From an uncultured Spirochaetales bacterium (GTDB taxonomy: Bacteria; Spirochaetota; Spirochaetia; Sphaerochaetales; Sphaerochaetaceae): 64,000 nucleotides of DNA. The stretch lies in assembly GCA_949295505.1 (NCBI GenBank), contig CASFLH010000017.1:61793-125792 (forward strand), written 5' to 3'. This document shows positions 9,178 to 17,673 of the stretch, piece after piece (position 1 is the stretch's first letter; each line of letters starts with the position of its first letter). The notes under the pieces are model-generated. The model had not been told where the DNA came from. It was given only the letters and a program-made list of their open reading frames with translations, and did not search any database. The position numbers and the translations under genes are program-made.

Positions 9178-9843
9178 TCATCGCGTTCTCTGAACGCCTT
9201 TTCTCGGACATCTCCCGCTCTCTGGACACAGGGAGCAGAATGGAGATACCGGGGTACAGATTTTCTGCCCATAGCGCACAAGGAGATCATTAAGCGGTAT
9301 CCAGAAGCGTCTGGGCAGTATTTCTCTCAGTCTTTTCTCGGTTTCTTCCGCCGTTTCTGTCTCAACCCAGCCAAGTCGGTTCACAATCTGATGCACATGG
9401 CAGTCAACACATATGGCTTCTATCCCGTATCCGAGTCCAAGAACAAGGGAAGCTGTCTTGATCCCGACCCCTGGAAGTGACAGCAGCGCATCCATATCAT
9501 CGGGGACGCAGCCGTCATATTTTTCCATGATTGTCTCTGCAGCATTCTTTATCTGTTCGCCTTTCCTCTTGTAGAAGCCTGCCGGTTTGATGATTTCCGC
9601 AATCTCCGACGCGTCCAGTTTCGCAAGCGTCCTGATATCAGGGGCTTTCCCGAAGAGCCGGCGAGATGCTGCGAGTGTAACTTCGTCCTTTGTCCGCAGG
9701 CTTATCAGCGTGGAGAACAGCACGCGATAGGGATCATGGCTTTCTTCTGCGAGAAGAGTGACGGAAGGAATCCCTGCATTGAGGGATTCGAGCTTCGCGC
9801 TGAATGAACTGAATAAAGCATCAAGATATTTTTCATCAAGCAT
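9178..9843 (-). CDS. nth: Endonuclease III (DNA-(apurinic/apyrimidinic site) lyase)
   Basis: HhH-GPD motif LLSLPGVGIKTASLVL and a C-terminal C-x6-C-x2-C-x5-C [4Fe-4S] loop (CTPVSPFCSLCPESGRC). Confidence 0.9.
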   Translation of the reverse strand: MLDEKYLDALFSSFSAKLESLNAGIPSVTLLAEESHDPYRVLFSTLISLRTKDEVTLAASRRLFGKAPDIRTLAKLDASEIAEIIKPAGFYKRKGEQIKNAAETIMEKYDGCVPDDMDALLSLPGVGIKTASLVLGLGYGIEAICVDCHVHQIVNRLGWVETETAEETEKRLREILPRRFWIPLNDLLVRYGQKICTPVSPFCSLCPESGRCPRKGVQRTR

Positions 9844-9854
9844 TTCTGATTACG

Positions 9855-9883
9855 TTGACCAAATCATCCGGAAAAGCTAGCGT
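9855..9883 (+). promoter_or_regulatory. Candidate sigma70-type promoter of the DAHPS/PDT gene
   Basis: TTGACC (9855-9860), a 17-nt spacer, then TAGCGT (9878-9883). The ATG at 9891 lies 7 nt after the -10 box with no SD in between. Confidence 0.35.
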
Positions 9884-9890
9884 TTCGTGT

Positions 9891-11813
9891 ATGATTGTCA
9901 TCCTCAAACAAGGTATTACACCACAGGAAAAAGATAAAGTAAGATCTTTTCTTTCTGAGAAAGGATTCATCGTCAAGGAAATAGTCGGGCAGCAGGACAC
10001 TGTTCTCGGTGCTGTCGGAAAAGTCTCCATCGACCCCCGCACTGTAGAGCTGATGCCCGGTGTCAGTTCCGTCGTTCCGATTTCAAAGCCTTATAAGCTT
10101 GCATCCCGCGAGATGAAGAAGGAAGATACGATCGTACAGGTCGGGAAGGTCAAGATAGGAGGCAACAGGGTTGCTGTCATTGCTGGTCCCTGTGCTGTAG
10201 AGAATTATGATCAGATCATGACCATCGCTGAGTCAGTGAGGGAAGCTGGTGCTGTGATGCTCCGCGGAGGTGCTTTCAAGCCCAGGACAAGCCCTTATGC
10301 ATTCCAGGGACTCGGGGAAGAGGGCCTTAAGCTCCTGAGGAAGGCTGGAGATGCCTTCGACATGCCTATTACCACGGAAGTAGTCTCTCCCTCGGATGTG
10401 AAGATGATGGCGGGCTATGTCGATATGTTCCAGATCGGGGCAAGGAACATGCAGAACTTCGAACTCTTGAAGGAAGTCGGCAAGACAGGAATGCCTGTGC
10501 TCCTGAAGAGAGGGCTTTCTGCCACCATCGAGGAGTGGCTCATGGCGGCGGAGTATCTGATGGCATCAGGCACGGATCAGGTTGTGCTCTGCGAAAGGGG
10601 CATCAGGACATTCGAGAAAGCGACACGCAATACGCTGGACTGCTCAGCTATACCCGTCGTGCAGAAGCTGACGCATCTCCCTGTGATAGGAGATCCGTCA
10701 CATGCTACAGGAATCCGAGACATGGTCGCGCCGATGAGCCTTGCTATCGTTGCATCCGGCGCATCCGGTGTTATCGTCGAGGTGCACAACTGTCCGGAAA
10801 AGGCTCTATCAGATGGCCCGCAGTCCTTGTATCCATCTCAGTTCAAGAAGCTTGTCCATGATATCCAGGCACTCTGCCCTGTTGTTGGCAAGAGTCTTGA
10901 GAAGATACCGCGCGTGCTGCCACAGAGCATGAAGACGCAGGCAGAGGAGCAGAAGATGACGGATTATTCATCTGTCGTGGTTGCGTTCCAGGGCGTCAGA
11001 GGTGCTTTTTCCGAACTTGCCGCACGGCGCTCGTTTGACGAGGATGTGACACTTCTTCCCTGCCATACCTTTGCCGAGACTTTCGATGCTGTCTCGTCTG
11101 GTAAGGCGAAGTACGGTGTTCTGCCTGTCGAGAACACGTTGGGTGGCACTGTTTATGACACGCTTGATCTTCTTGCAATGCATCCTGAACTTACTGTTAT
11201 CGGGGAGCAGCAGGTGCGTGTCATGCACAATCTGATAGTCGTTCCGGGGACAAAGCTGGAGGATATCAGGAAAGTGTATTCCCATCCGCAAGGGCTGCAG
11301 CAGTGCAGGGCTTTCCTTGATAAGGAGCTTCCGGACGCGGAGCGCATTCCATTCTTCGATACAGCCGGTTCCGTAGAATACATCGCTAAGCTCGGGGATA
11401 AATCCTGTGCCGCGATAGCGGGTTCTCCTGCAGCTCATTATTATGGGATGGAGATTCTCAGCCAGGGCATAGAGACGGATGCTTCCAACTATACAAGATT
11501 CTACATTCTTTCACGGGAGGAGAATGCGGCCATATACAGGTCACAGTCAGAGCCGAACAAGGCCGCCCTATCATTCTCCGTCTCCGATGAGCCCGGTTCT
11601 CTGATGGATGTCCTGAAGACTTTCGCGGATGAAGGTGTGAACATGACCAAGCTTGAATCGAGACCGATACCTGGAAAGCCCTGGGAATATCTCTTCTTTG
11701 TTGAAGTGCAGCTTCCGGCAGATAGGGAGAGATTCGACCGCCTTACAGAGGAAATCCGCGAGAAAGCGGTATCGTTCAGGATCCTCGGGATTTACACATC
11801 GGTGATCGGATGA
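9891..11813 (+). CDS. Fusion protein: 3-deoxy-7-phosphoheptulonate (DAHP) synthase (type I-beta with N-terminal ferredoxin-like regulatory domain) / prephenate dehydratase with C-terminal ACT domain
   Basis: The N-terminal half is nearly colinear with Thermotoga-type DAHPS (MIVILKxG..., IAGPCAVE, RGGAFKPRTSPYAFQGLG, LCERGIRTFE, GDPSH, EVHxxPEKALSDGPQSL). The C-terminal half carries PDT motifs (VAFQGVRGAFSE, NYTRFYIL, LESRPIPG). The start is set at ATG 9891 because the ORF-track TTG at 9855 is the -35-like hexamer. Confidence 0.9.
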   Translation: MIVILKQGITPQEKDKVRSFLSEKGFIVKEIVGQQDTVLGAVGKVSIDPRTVELMPGVSSVVPISKPYKLASREMKKEDTIVQVGKVKIGGNRVAVIAGPCAVENYDQIMTIAESVREAGAVMLRGGAFKPRTSPYAFQGLGEEGLKLLRKAGDAFDMPITTEVVSPSDVKMMAGYVDMFQIGARNMQNFELLKEVGKTGMPVLLKRGLSATIEEWLMAAEYLMASGTDQVVLCERGIRTFEKATRNTLDCSAIPVVQKLTHLPVIGDPSHATGIRDMVAPMSLAIVASGASGVIVEVHNCPEKALSDGPQSLYPSQFKKLVHDIQALCPVVGKSLEKIPRVLPQSMKTQAEEQKMTDYSSVVVAFQGVRGAFSELAARRSFDEDVTLLPCHTFAETFDAVSSGKAKYGVLPVENTLGGTVYDTLDLLAMHPELTVIGEQQVRVMHNLIVVPGTKLEDIRKVYSHPQGLQQCRAFLDKELPDAERIPFFDTAGSVEYIAKLGDKSCAAIAGSPAAHYYGMEILSQGIETDASNYTRFYILSREENAAIYRSQSEPNKAALSFSVSDEPGSLMDVLKTFADEGVNMTKLESRPIPGKPWEYLFFVEVQLPADRERFDRLTEEIREKAVSFRILGIYTSVIG

Positions 11814-12343
11814 CTCCGCGCCCCTATGACAGAGTCCTGCTTTTCATGGGAGTCCTCTCCGTGAGGGGATTCCCTTCTTCCCTCAGAGAACGGCTCGAAT
11901 CCCTGTTTGGGAAGATTTCCATTGTCACGGAGCCCTTTCCATTCTCGTTCACCGATTACTATGTGCCGGAGATGGGAGATGGAATCGAACGATTCTTCAT
12001 CGCGTTCGAGGATCTTGTTTCCCCGGATCAGCTTGCTGCCATAAAAACCGAGACAGACATGATAGAAGGCGAGTATGCCGAAGACGGGGAACGGAAAATC
12101 AATCTCGATCCAGGGCTCATAACAGAAGGAAGCGTCATTCTCGCGACAACGAAGAACAGGGCACATCGCGTGGCTATCGGATGCAGCCTGTACGCGGAAG
12201 TCACTCTTATTTACCATAGCCACGGATTTGAATCATTCCCCTGGACATATGCGGATTATCGTTCTGCGGAAGTTCAGAGTATACTTCTCGATTTCCGGAG
12301 AAGATATCTTTCATTGAGAAAATTGACCATGGAAAGCATCTGA
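11810..12343 (+). CDS. DUF4416-like protein
   Basis: 177 aa with pattern FxFxxTDYYxxEMG ... INLDPG ... LATTKNRAHR ... PWTYADY. ATGA overlap with the preceding gene. The family name is from memory. Confidence 0.55.
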   Translation: MTPRPYDRVLLFMGVLSVRGFPSSLRERLESLFGKISIVTEPFPFSFTDYYVPEMGDGIERFFIAFEDLVSPDQLAAIKTETDMIEGEYAEDGERKINLDPGLITEGSVILATTKNRAHRVAIGCSLYAEVTLIYHSHGFESFPWTYADYRSAEVQSILLDFRRRYLSLRKLTMESI

Positions 12344-12358
12344 AGCGGATACTCTTAT

Positions 12359-13075
12359 ATGAGATATCTGTTTCTGGTCCTGTCTGTGGTCCTCTTGTCT
12401 TCCTGCTCATATAGCCACTGGCGGGAGATTGAGCTTATTATTCCCGAGATGCATCCTTTCGAGGATGCCTTCTCTGAGACGCTCTGGTTCACTCTTGAGT
12501 ATTTCGATGGGGAAAGAATAGAGGAACGGCATGTCCCAAAGGGCATGAGGCGTATACGTGTCAGGGTAAGGGCGGGCTGTCTTTCGGTTTTCGCGTTCCG
12601 TCCGCTTGGTGAGCTCGGGGCTGTCGGTGGTTTCTTTGAACCGGGGGATGACAGTGTGGTCTATATCCTTCCGGAACATGGCACTTTCTCGGAGATGCTG
12701 CTGAGGGCAGCCGCATACCGTCCAGAGCCTGTTGCCAGGCTTTCGATGAATGCAGTGCTTGCAAACGTGGAAGATCTTCAGGCCGTCGATGAGAGTGCTT
12801 TCCTTGCTGATGTATTCAACGGGACGCTTGGCTATGGTATCCCGATGAATGAAAGAAAAACTGTCCATTTCGATTCGATTCCAAGAGGCATATGGAACTC
12901 TGAACGCTATGATATTCCATCCTTCCAAGTAGGTTTCAGCGGCGATCATGTGAACCTCATGGTTTATCCAGGTGTTTACAGATATGCTGAAGCTGACCTT
13001 GGCATGCTGCTGACTGTAATCGTCGAGGATGATGGGGAGGCGTCCATGATGATAACCTCTATTCCTGTCTGGTAA
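12359..13075 (+). CDS. Putative lipoprotein, function unknown
   Basis: Signal peptide MRYLFLVLSVVLLSSC with a lipobox-like LSSC; 238 aa; same-strand operon context. Confidence 0.6.
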   Translation: MRYLFLVLSVVLLSSCSYSHWREIELIIPEMHPFEDAFSETLWFTLEYFDGERIEERHVPKGMRRIRVRVRAGCLSVFAFRPLGELGAVGGFFEPGDDSVVYILPEHGTFSEMLLRAAAYRPEPVARLSMNAVLANVEDLQAVDESAFLADVFNGTLGYGIPMNERKTVHFDSIPRGIWNSERYDIPSFQVGFSGDHVNLMVYPGVYRYAEADLGMLLTVIVEDDGEASMMITSIPVW

Positions 13076-13114
13076 CATGATGCATTCATTCTTCAGATTT
13101 GATAGACTCGGATC

Positions 13115-14320
13115 ATGGAATCCCTTAGAGAATTATACCGCATAGGATATGGCCCTTCCTCATCGCATACAATGGGGCCAAGAACGGCAGCAGAGATGTT
13201 CATCTCATCCCATCCGGAGGCAAGAAAGGTCAAGGCAGAGCTTTTCGGATCGCTCGCTGCTACAGGAAAGGGGCATCTGACAGACAAGGCCATAAGGGAG
13301 GTCCTTGCCTCTGCGGGAATCGAGGCTGAGATATTCTGGCATCCTGATGTTGAGAAACCCTTTCATCCTAATGCGCTCACGCTGACTGAGATCTCACCTT
13401 CGGAAGTCTCGGAGACATACTATTCCGTGGGTGGCGGAAAAGTGATAAGGGAAGGGGATACAGAGAATTCCGTAGAGGAGCCTTATCCCGATGATAAAGT
13501 GGGAACGATGGCCCGTCTTCTGAAATTCTGTGATGATAACGGGTATCAGATCTGGGAAACGGCTATTGAATTCGAGGGAGAGGAGATTCTTGATCATATG
13601 GCTGATATCTGGGCCGTGATGAAGGATTCCATCAGGCGCGGCCTTGATGCCGAAGGAGTTCTCCCTGGCGGTCTGCATCTGCAGAGAAAAGCCTGTCAGG
13701 CTTATGCGAAGTCTAAGGATTTCACAGGCTCTCTCGGCAATGCTTCCCATGCCTTTGCCTTTGCCCTTGCAGTCTCGGAGGAGAATGCCGGAGGAGGAAA
13801 GATCGTCACAGCTCCGACGTGTGGAAGCTGCGGAGTGCTTCCCGGTGTTCTCTATCATCTGATGAGGGAATATGATCTTCCAGAGATACGTGTTCTCCGC
13901 GCTCTTCTGACTGCCGGGCTTGTGGGGAATCTCGTGAAGGCAAATGGTTCCATATCAGGGGCAGAGGTTGGATGCCAGGGAGAGGTTGGTGTTGCATGCG
14001 CGATGGCGGGGGCTGCTGCGGCACAGCTTACAGGCGGAACTATCCGGCAGATAGAATATGCTGCTGAGATGGGCCTTGAGCATCATCTTGGTCTTACCTG
14101 CGATCCCTTAATGGGTCTTGTGCAGATACCATGCATTGAGCGCAATGCCATGGCGTGCATGCGTGCAATTGATCATGCGACATACGCGATCATGGGAGAC
14201 GGCAGGCACAAGATATCTTTTGATGATGTCGTGGAAGTCATGATGGAAACAGGCCATGCCCTTCCTTCTCTTTACAGGGAAACGTCAATGGGCGGACTGG
14301 CCCGTATCCATGAAATCTGA
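13115..14320 (+). CDS. sdaA: L-serine ammonia-lyase (iron-sulfur dependent, single-chain)
   Basis: N-terminal YRIGYGPSSSHTMGP and the later block APTCGSCGVLPG ... GAEVGCQGEVGVACAMAG are typical of SdaA/SdaAA-AB. Confidence 0.9.
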   Translation: MESLRELYRIGYGPSSSHTMGPRTAAEMFISSHPEARKVKAELFGSLAATGKGHLTDKAIREVLASAGIEAEIFWHPDVEKPFHPNALTLTEISPSEVSETYYSVGGGKVIREGDTENSVEEPYPDDKVGTMARLLKFCDDNGYQIWETAIEFEGEEILDHMADIWAVMKDSIRRGLDAEGVLPGGLHLQRKACQAYAKSKDFTGSLGNASHAFAFALAVSEENAGGGKIVTAPTCGSCGVLPGVLYHLMREYDLPEIRVLRALLTAGLVGNLVKANGSISGAEVGCQGEVGVACAMAGAAAAQLTGGTIRQIEYAAEMGLEHHLGLTCDPLMGLVQIPCIERNAMACMRAIDHATYAIMGDGRHKISFDDVVEVMMETGHALPSLYRETSMGGLARIHEI

Positions 14321-14611
14321 TTAGAGCCTTATGTCTGAAATGGGTGCAGTCATCCAGGACCGTTCCCTTGGCAGGCTGTGACCATGAGTGATGGCGAGAA
14401 TGACGATTTTCTTCTCGCTGACTCTTGCAAGGAGCCTGTAGTCCCCGATCCTGTACTGCCATCGTCTTGTTCCACCGAGGGGCGTTCCCATGCTCTTCGG
14501 GTCCTTGAGCGGCAGCAGGTGACGCCTGATCCACCCGACAATAAGCGATGACGTCATCGTATCCAGAGCGCTTAGTTCATCATAAGCCCTTTTTGCCATC
14601 TCAGTTCTCAT
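14321..14611 (-). CDS. RelE/StbE (RelE/ParE superfamily) type II toxin
   Basis: The core ...GTPLGGTRRWQYRIGDYRLLARVSEKKIVILAITHGH matches the RelE/StbE pattern (L.G....R.RVGDYR.I..I.D..L.I....HR). The ATG at 14611 overlaps the antitoxin stop by 11 nt, with an alternative ATG at 14599. Confidence 0.7.
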   Translation of the reverse strand: MRTEMAKRAYDELSALDTMTSSLIVGWIRRHLLPLKDPKSMGTPLGGTRRWQYRIGDYRLLARVSEKKIVILAITHGHSLPRERSWMTAPISDIRL

Positions 14612-14807
14612 CGTCAGTGATCTCCACGGTTTCCGGATTCTTCCTGTATTCTTCCAGGGCCTTACGATATGTTTCAAGATCGAAATCCGCTTCAATGCGG
14701 GAGATGACTACCTGCCGGATCATCTCTGAGAGATTCATGCCGTTGAGCTCTGCGTATTTTCTGAAGAGGGCTGCATCTTCATCAGGCAGTCTTAATGAGA
14801 TTATCAT
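14601..14807 (-). CDS. Ribbon-helix-helix (RelB/CopG-like) type II antitoxin
   Basis: MIISLRLPDEDAALFRKYAELNGMNLSEMIRQVV is an RHH N-terminus. ATG 14807 is preceded by GGAGG. The ORF-track start at 14822 is a TTG. Confidence 0.7.
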   Translation of the reverse strand: MIISLRLPDEDAALFRKYAELNGMNLSEMIRQVVISRIEADFDLETYRKALEEYRKNPETVEITDDEN

Positions 14808-14816
14808 ACAAACCTC

Positions 14817-14854
14817 CTGCAATGCAGTGTATTACCGATTCTTTGTATCTGCAA
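14817..14854 (-). promoter_or_regulatory. Candidate TA promoter with overlapping palindromic operator
   Basis: Minus-strand reading: TTGCAG (14854-14849), 17-nt spacer, TACACT (14831-14826). The 5-1-5 palindrome CTGCA-n-TGCAG (14817-14827) lies between the -10 box and the RBS. Confidence 0.35.
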
Positions 14855-14855
14855 C

Positions 14856-14892
14856 AAAGAAAGAAAAAGCCATCGCTTTTCTGACGATGGCT
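14856..14892 (-). terminator. Rho-independent terminator of leuS
   Basis: Minus strand: AGCCATCG-loop-CGATGGCT followed by TTTTTCTTTCTTT, 24 nt after the leuS stop at 14916. Confidence 0.6.
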
Positions 14893-14915
14893 TACTCCTT
14901 GAATGCTTTTGCAGT

Positions 14916-17429
14916 TTACTTCACAACAATATTCACGAGTTTTCCTGGAACGACTATTTCCTTGATGACGGACTTGCCATCAATCCAGCCCTGGATCTTC
15001 TCGTTGGCCTTTGCTGTCGCGAGCATCTCATCCTTCGATGCCTCGCGTGGCATCTGAAGCTTTGCCCTGACCTTGCCATTGACCTGGACGACAATCTCTA
15101 TCTCGTCATCAATAGTTTTCGCCTCATCATATCCAGGCCAGCTCTCAAGGGCCACGGAAGGCTTATGCCCCAGCATCTCCCATAGCTCTTCTGCCAGATG
15201 CGGTGTATATGGAGAGAGCAGGAGCGTGAGCTTCTCAAGTGCTGTTTTCGGTACTGTCTCGAGCCTGTTGAGCTCGTTTACGAAAACCATCATCTGGCTG
15301 ATCGCAGTGTTGAATGCCAGTGTCTCCGTGTCCTCGGTAACCTTCTTGATGGTTTTGTTCAGCAGCTTGTCGATATCTGGTGACATCGGAATGTCTTCTA
15401 CCTTCTTCTCCGTTGCGATTCTCCAGATCCTGTCAAGGAAGCGGTATACGCCGATGAAGCCGTTTGTCGCCCATGGCTTTGATTCCCTCAGCGGTCCCAT
15501 GAACATCTCATACATGCGTACGCTGTCTGCGCCGTAATTCCTTATGAAGTCATCCGGGTTGATGACGTTCTTCAGGGATTTCGACATCTTGGCAATGACC
15601 TGTGTCAGTTCTTCCCCTGTCTCTTTGTCGAAGTACTTGCCATCTTTTTCCTCGACAAGATCCGTCGGTACAAGGCTCTTGTTCGCTTTCTGATAGGCAA
15701 ATGATGTTATCATTCCCTGGTTTACCAGTGAGTGGAAAGGCTCTGATGTTGATACAAGTCCCAGATCATAAAGGACCTTATGCCAGAATCTTGAATAGAG
15801 GAGATGAAGGACAGCATGCTCCGCACCACCTACATAGAGATCAACAGGCATCCAGTACTTCTCTTTTTCCGGATCAACGAAAGCCTTGTCATTATGCGGG
15901 TCGATATATCTTAGATAGTACCAGCAGGAACCAGCCCACTGCGGCATGGTGTTGGTCTCTCTCTTTGCATCCGCACCGCACTTCGGGCATTTGCAGCTGA
16001 CCCAGCTGTCTACGTTCGCAAGCGGGGACTCGCCTGTGCCTGTAGGCTCATACTTGTCTACTTCGGGAAGCGTCAGCGGCAGCTCTTCTTCCGGGACAAG
16101 GACTGTCCCGCAGTGAGGACAGTGGATGAGAGGTATCGGCTCTCCCCAGTATCTCTGGCGTGAGAAGACCCAGTCGCGAAGCTTGTAATTGATTGCCTTG
16201 TGTCCGTAACCGTTCTTCTCAAGGAATTCAAGCATCTTCTTTATGGCATCTTCTTTGTTCAGGCCATCAAGCCATTCGGAATTGACATGGATTCCATCTT
16301 CTGTCCATGCCTCTTCCTGCACATCCACCTCTCCTTTGAGTACCTCGATGATGGGCAGACCGAATTTCTTGGCGAATTCCCAGTCTCTTGTATCATGGGC
16401 AGGTACAGCCATGATGGCGCCGGTTCCATAGCTGATGAGCACATAGTCAGCAATCCAGATCGGGATTTTCTTCCCGTTGACAGGGTTGATGGCATATGAG
16501 CCGGAGAAGACACCGGTTTTCTCCTTCGCAAGGTCCGTTCTCTCGAGATCTGACTTGTGCTTGACCTCGTCGAGATATTTCTCCACCGCCTCTTTCTGTT
16601 CCGGTGTCGTTAGTTTTCCCACCAGCGGATGCTCAGGCGCGATAACCATATATGTGGCGCCGAAAAGCGTGTCGCAGCGGGTTGTGTAAACTTCGAGCTT
16701 GTCCCCTGTGCCATCTACGGTGAAGAAGACTGCAGATCCCTCGGATCTGCCAATCCAGTTTCTCTGCATTGCTTTCACCGATTCCGGCCAGTCGAGTTCA
16801 TCAAGTCCTTCAAGAAGCTTGTCAGCATATGCTGTAATGCGGAGCATCCACTGCCTGATATTCTTCTTCTCGACTTTCTCCCCACAGCGCTCGCATCTGC
16901 CTTCCTTCACTTCTTCGTTTGCCAGTCCTGTCTTGCAGCTCGGGCACCAGTTGATAGGGGTCACCGCTTCATAAGCGAGGCCCTTCTCATAAAGCTTCTC
17001 GAAAATCCACTGTGTCCAGTGGTAATAGTCAGGCTCGCAGGTCGAGACTTCTCTGTCCCAGTCATAGGAGAAACCGAGGCTTTTTATCTGCCGGCGGAAG
17101 GTGTCGATGTTCTTCTTGGTTGTCTCCCAGGGGTGGGTTCCTGTCTTTATAGCATAGTTCTCGGCCGGAAGACCAAAAGAATCGAATCCCATCGGATGGA
17201 GGACATTATAGCCTTTCATCCTCAGATACCTTGAATAGATATCTGTAGCCGTGTAGCCCTCAGGATGTCCCACATGGAGTCCTGCTCCCGATGGATATGG
17301 GAACATGTCCAGGACATATTTTCTCTTCTCTCTTGGAATTGACTCATCTTCAGCAGCACGGAATGTCTTGTGCTCTTCCCAGTACTTCTGCCATTTCGGC
17401 TCAATCTCGTTGAAAGGATACCTGCTCAT
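14916..17429 (-). CDS. leuS: Leucine--tRNA ligase
   Basis: [35 protein letters not shown] (HIGH), KMSKSLKN (KMSKS) and a CP1 editing domain. The start is set at ATG 17429 because the ORF-track start at 17492 is a TTG. Confidence 0.95.
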   Translation of the reverse strand: MSRYPFNEIEPKWQKYWEEHKTFRAAEDESIPREKRKYVLDMFPYPSGAGLHVGHPEGYTATDIYSRYLRMKGYNVLHPMGFDSFGLPAENYAIKTGTHPWETTKKNIDTFRRQIKSLGFSYDWDREVSTCEPDYYHWTQWIFEKLYEKGLAYEAVTPINWCPSCKTGLANEEVKEGRCERCGEKVEKKNIRQWMLRITAYADKLLEGLDELDWPESVKAMQRNWIGRSEGSAVFFTVDGTGDKLEVYTTRCDTLFGATYMVIAPEHPLVGKLTTPEQKEAVEKYLDEVKHKSDLERTDLAKEKTGVFSGSYAINPVNGKKIPIWIADYVLISYGTGAIMAVPAHDTRDWEFAKKFGLPIIEVLKGEVDVQEEAWTEDGIHVNSEWLDGLNKEDAIKKMLEFLEKNGYGHKAINYKLRDWVFSRQRYWGEPIPLIHCPHCGTVLVPEEELPLTLPEVDKYEPTGTGESPLANVDSWVSCKCPKCGADAKRETNTMPQWAGSCWYYLRYIDPHNDKAFVDPEKEKYWMPVDLYVGGAEHAVLHLLYSRFWHKVLYDLGLVSTSEPFHSLVNQGMITSFAYQKANKSLVPTDLVEEKDGKYFDKETGEELTQVIAKMSKSLKNVINPDDFIRNYGADSVRMYEMFMGPLRESKPWATNGFIGVYRFLDRIWRIATEKKVEDIPMSPDIDKLLNKTIKKVTEDTETLAFNTAISQMMVFVNELNRLETVPKTALEKLTLLLSPYTPHLAEELWEMLGHKPSVALESWPGYDEAKTIDDEIEIVVQVNGKVRAKLQMPREASKDEMLATAKANEKIQGWIDGKSVIKEIVVPGKLVNIVVK

Positions 17430-17617
17430 ACGGCAGAGGATATCACTAAAGGCAGAGTAAAAGCTATATTCATGGAAAGGCCTTTCAGACAATCTCTTCG
17501 CATATGGATTGGAGTGACAGGAAGAACACGGAAAGCCTGGAGGTCATCAGATACAGAGATAGCTGAAGATGTTAATTATGTTACTATAATAACATTTAAG
17601 TTTTTATCATAACATAT

Positions 17618-17646
17618 TGACACTATTATAACCATTGCTCTATTAT
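17618..17646 (+). promoter_or_regulatory. Candidate sigma70-type promoter of the polar amino-acid ABC operon
   Basis: TTGACA (17618-17623), 17-nt spacer, TATTAT (17641-17646). The AGGAGG RBS is at 17662-17667 and the ATG at 17674. Confidence 0.45.
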
Positions 17647-17673
17647 CCAGTCATACAAGGCAGGAGGCCTGTT

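Noticed and set aside
12407-13078. 223-aa minus-strand ORF almost coextensive with the 12359-13075 plus-strand ORF
   Set aside because: The plus-strand product has a signal peptide and lipobox and sits in a same-strand operon with tight spacing. The minus-strand product has no features and would collide with both neighbours.
14548-15057. 169-aa plus-strand ORF spanning the TA cassette and the leuS 3-prime end
   Set aside because: It crosses a terminator and two well-supported minus-strand genes and has no motif.
17430-17620. Possible T-box or other leader upstream of leuS
   Set aside because: Reading the minus strand, I found no specifier-loop or T-box motif (no GGGTGGTACCGCG-like sequence) and no terminator/antiterminator pair. 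There is only a short GAAAGG/CCTTTC palindrome.
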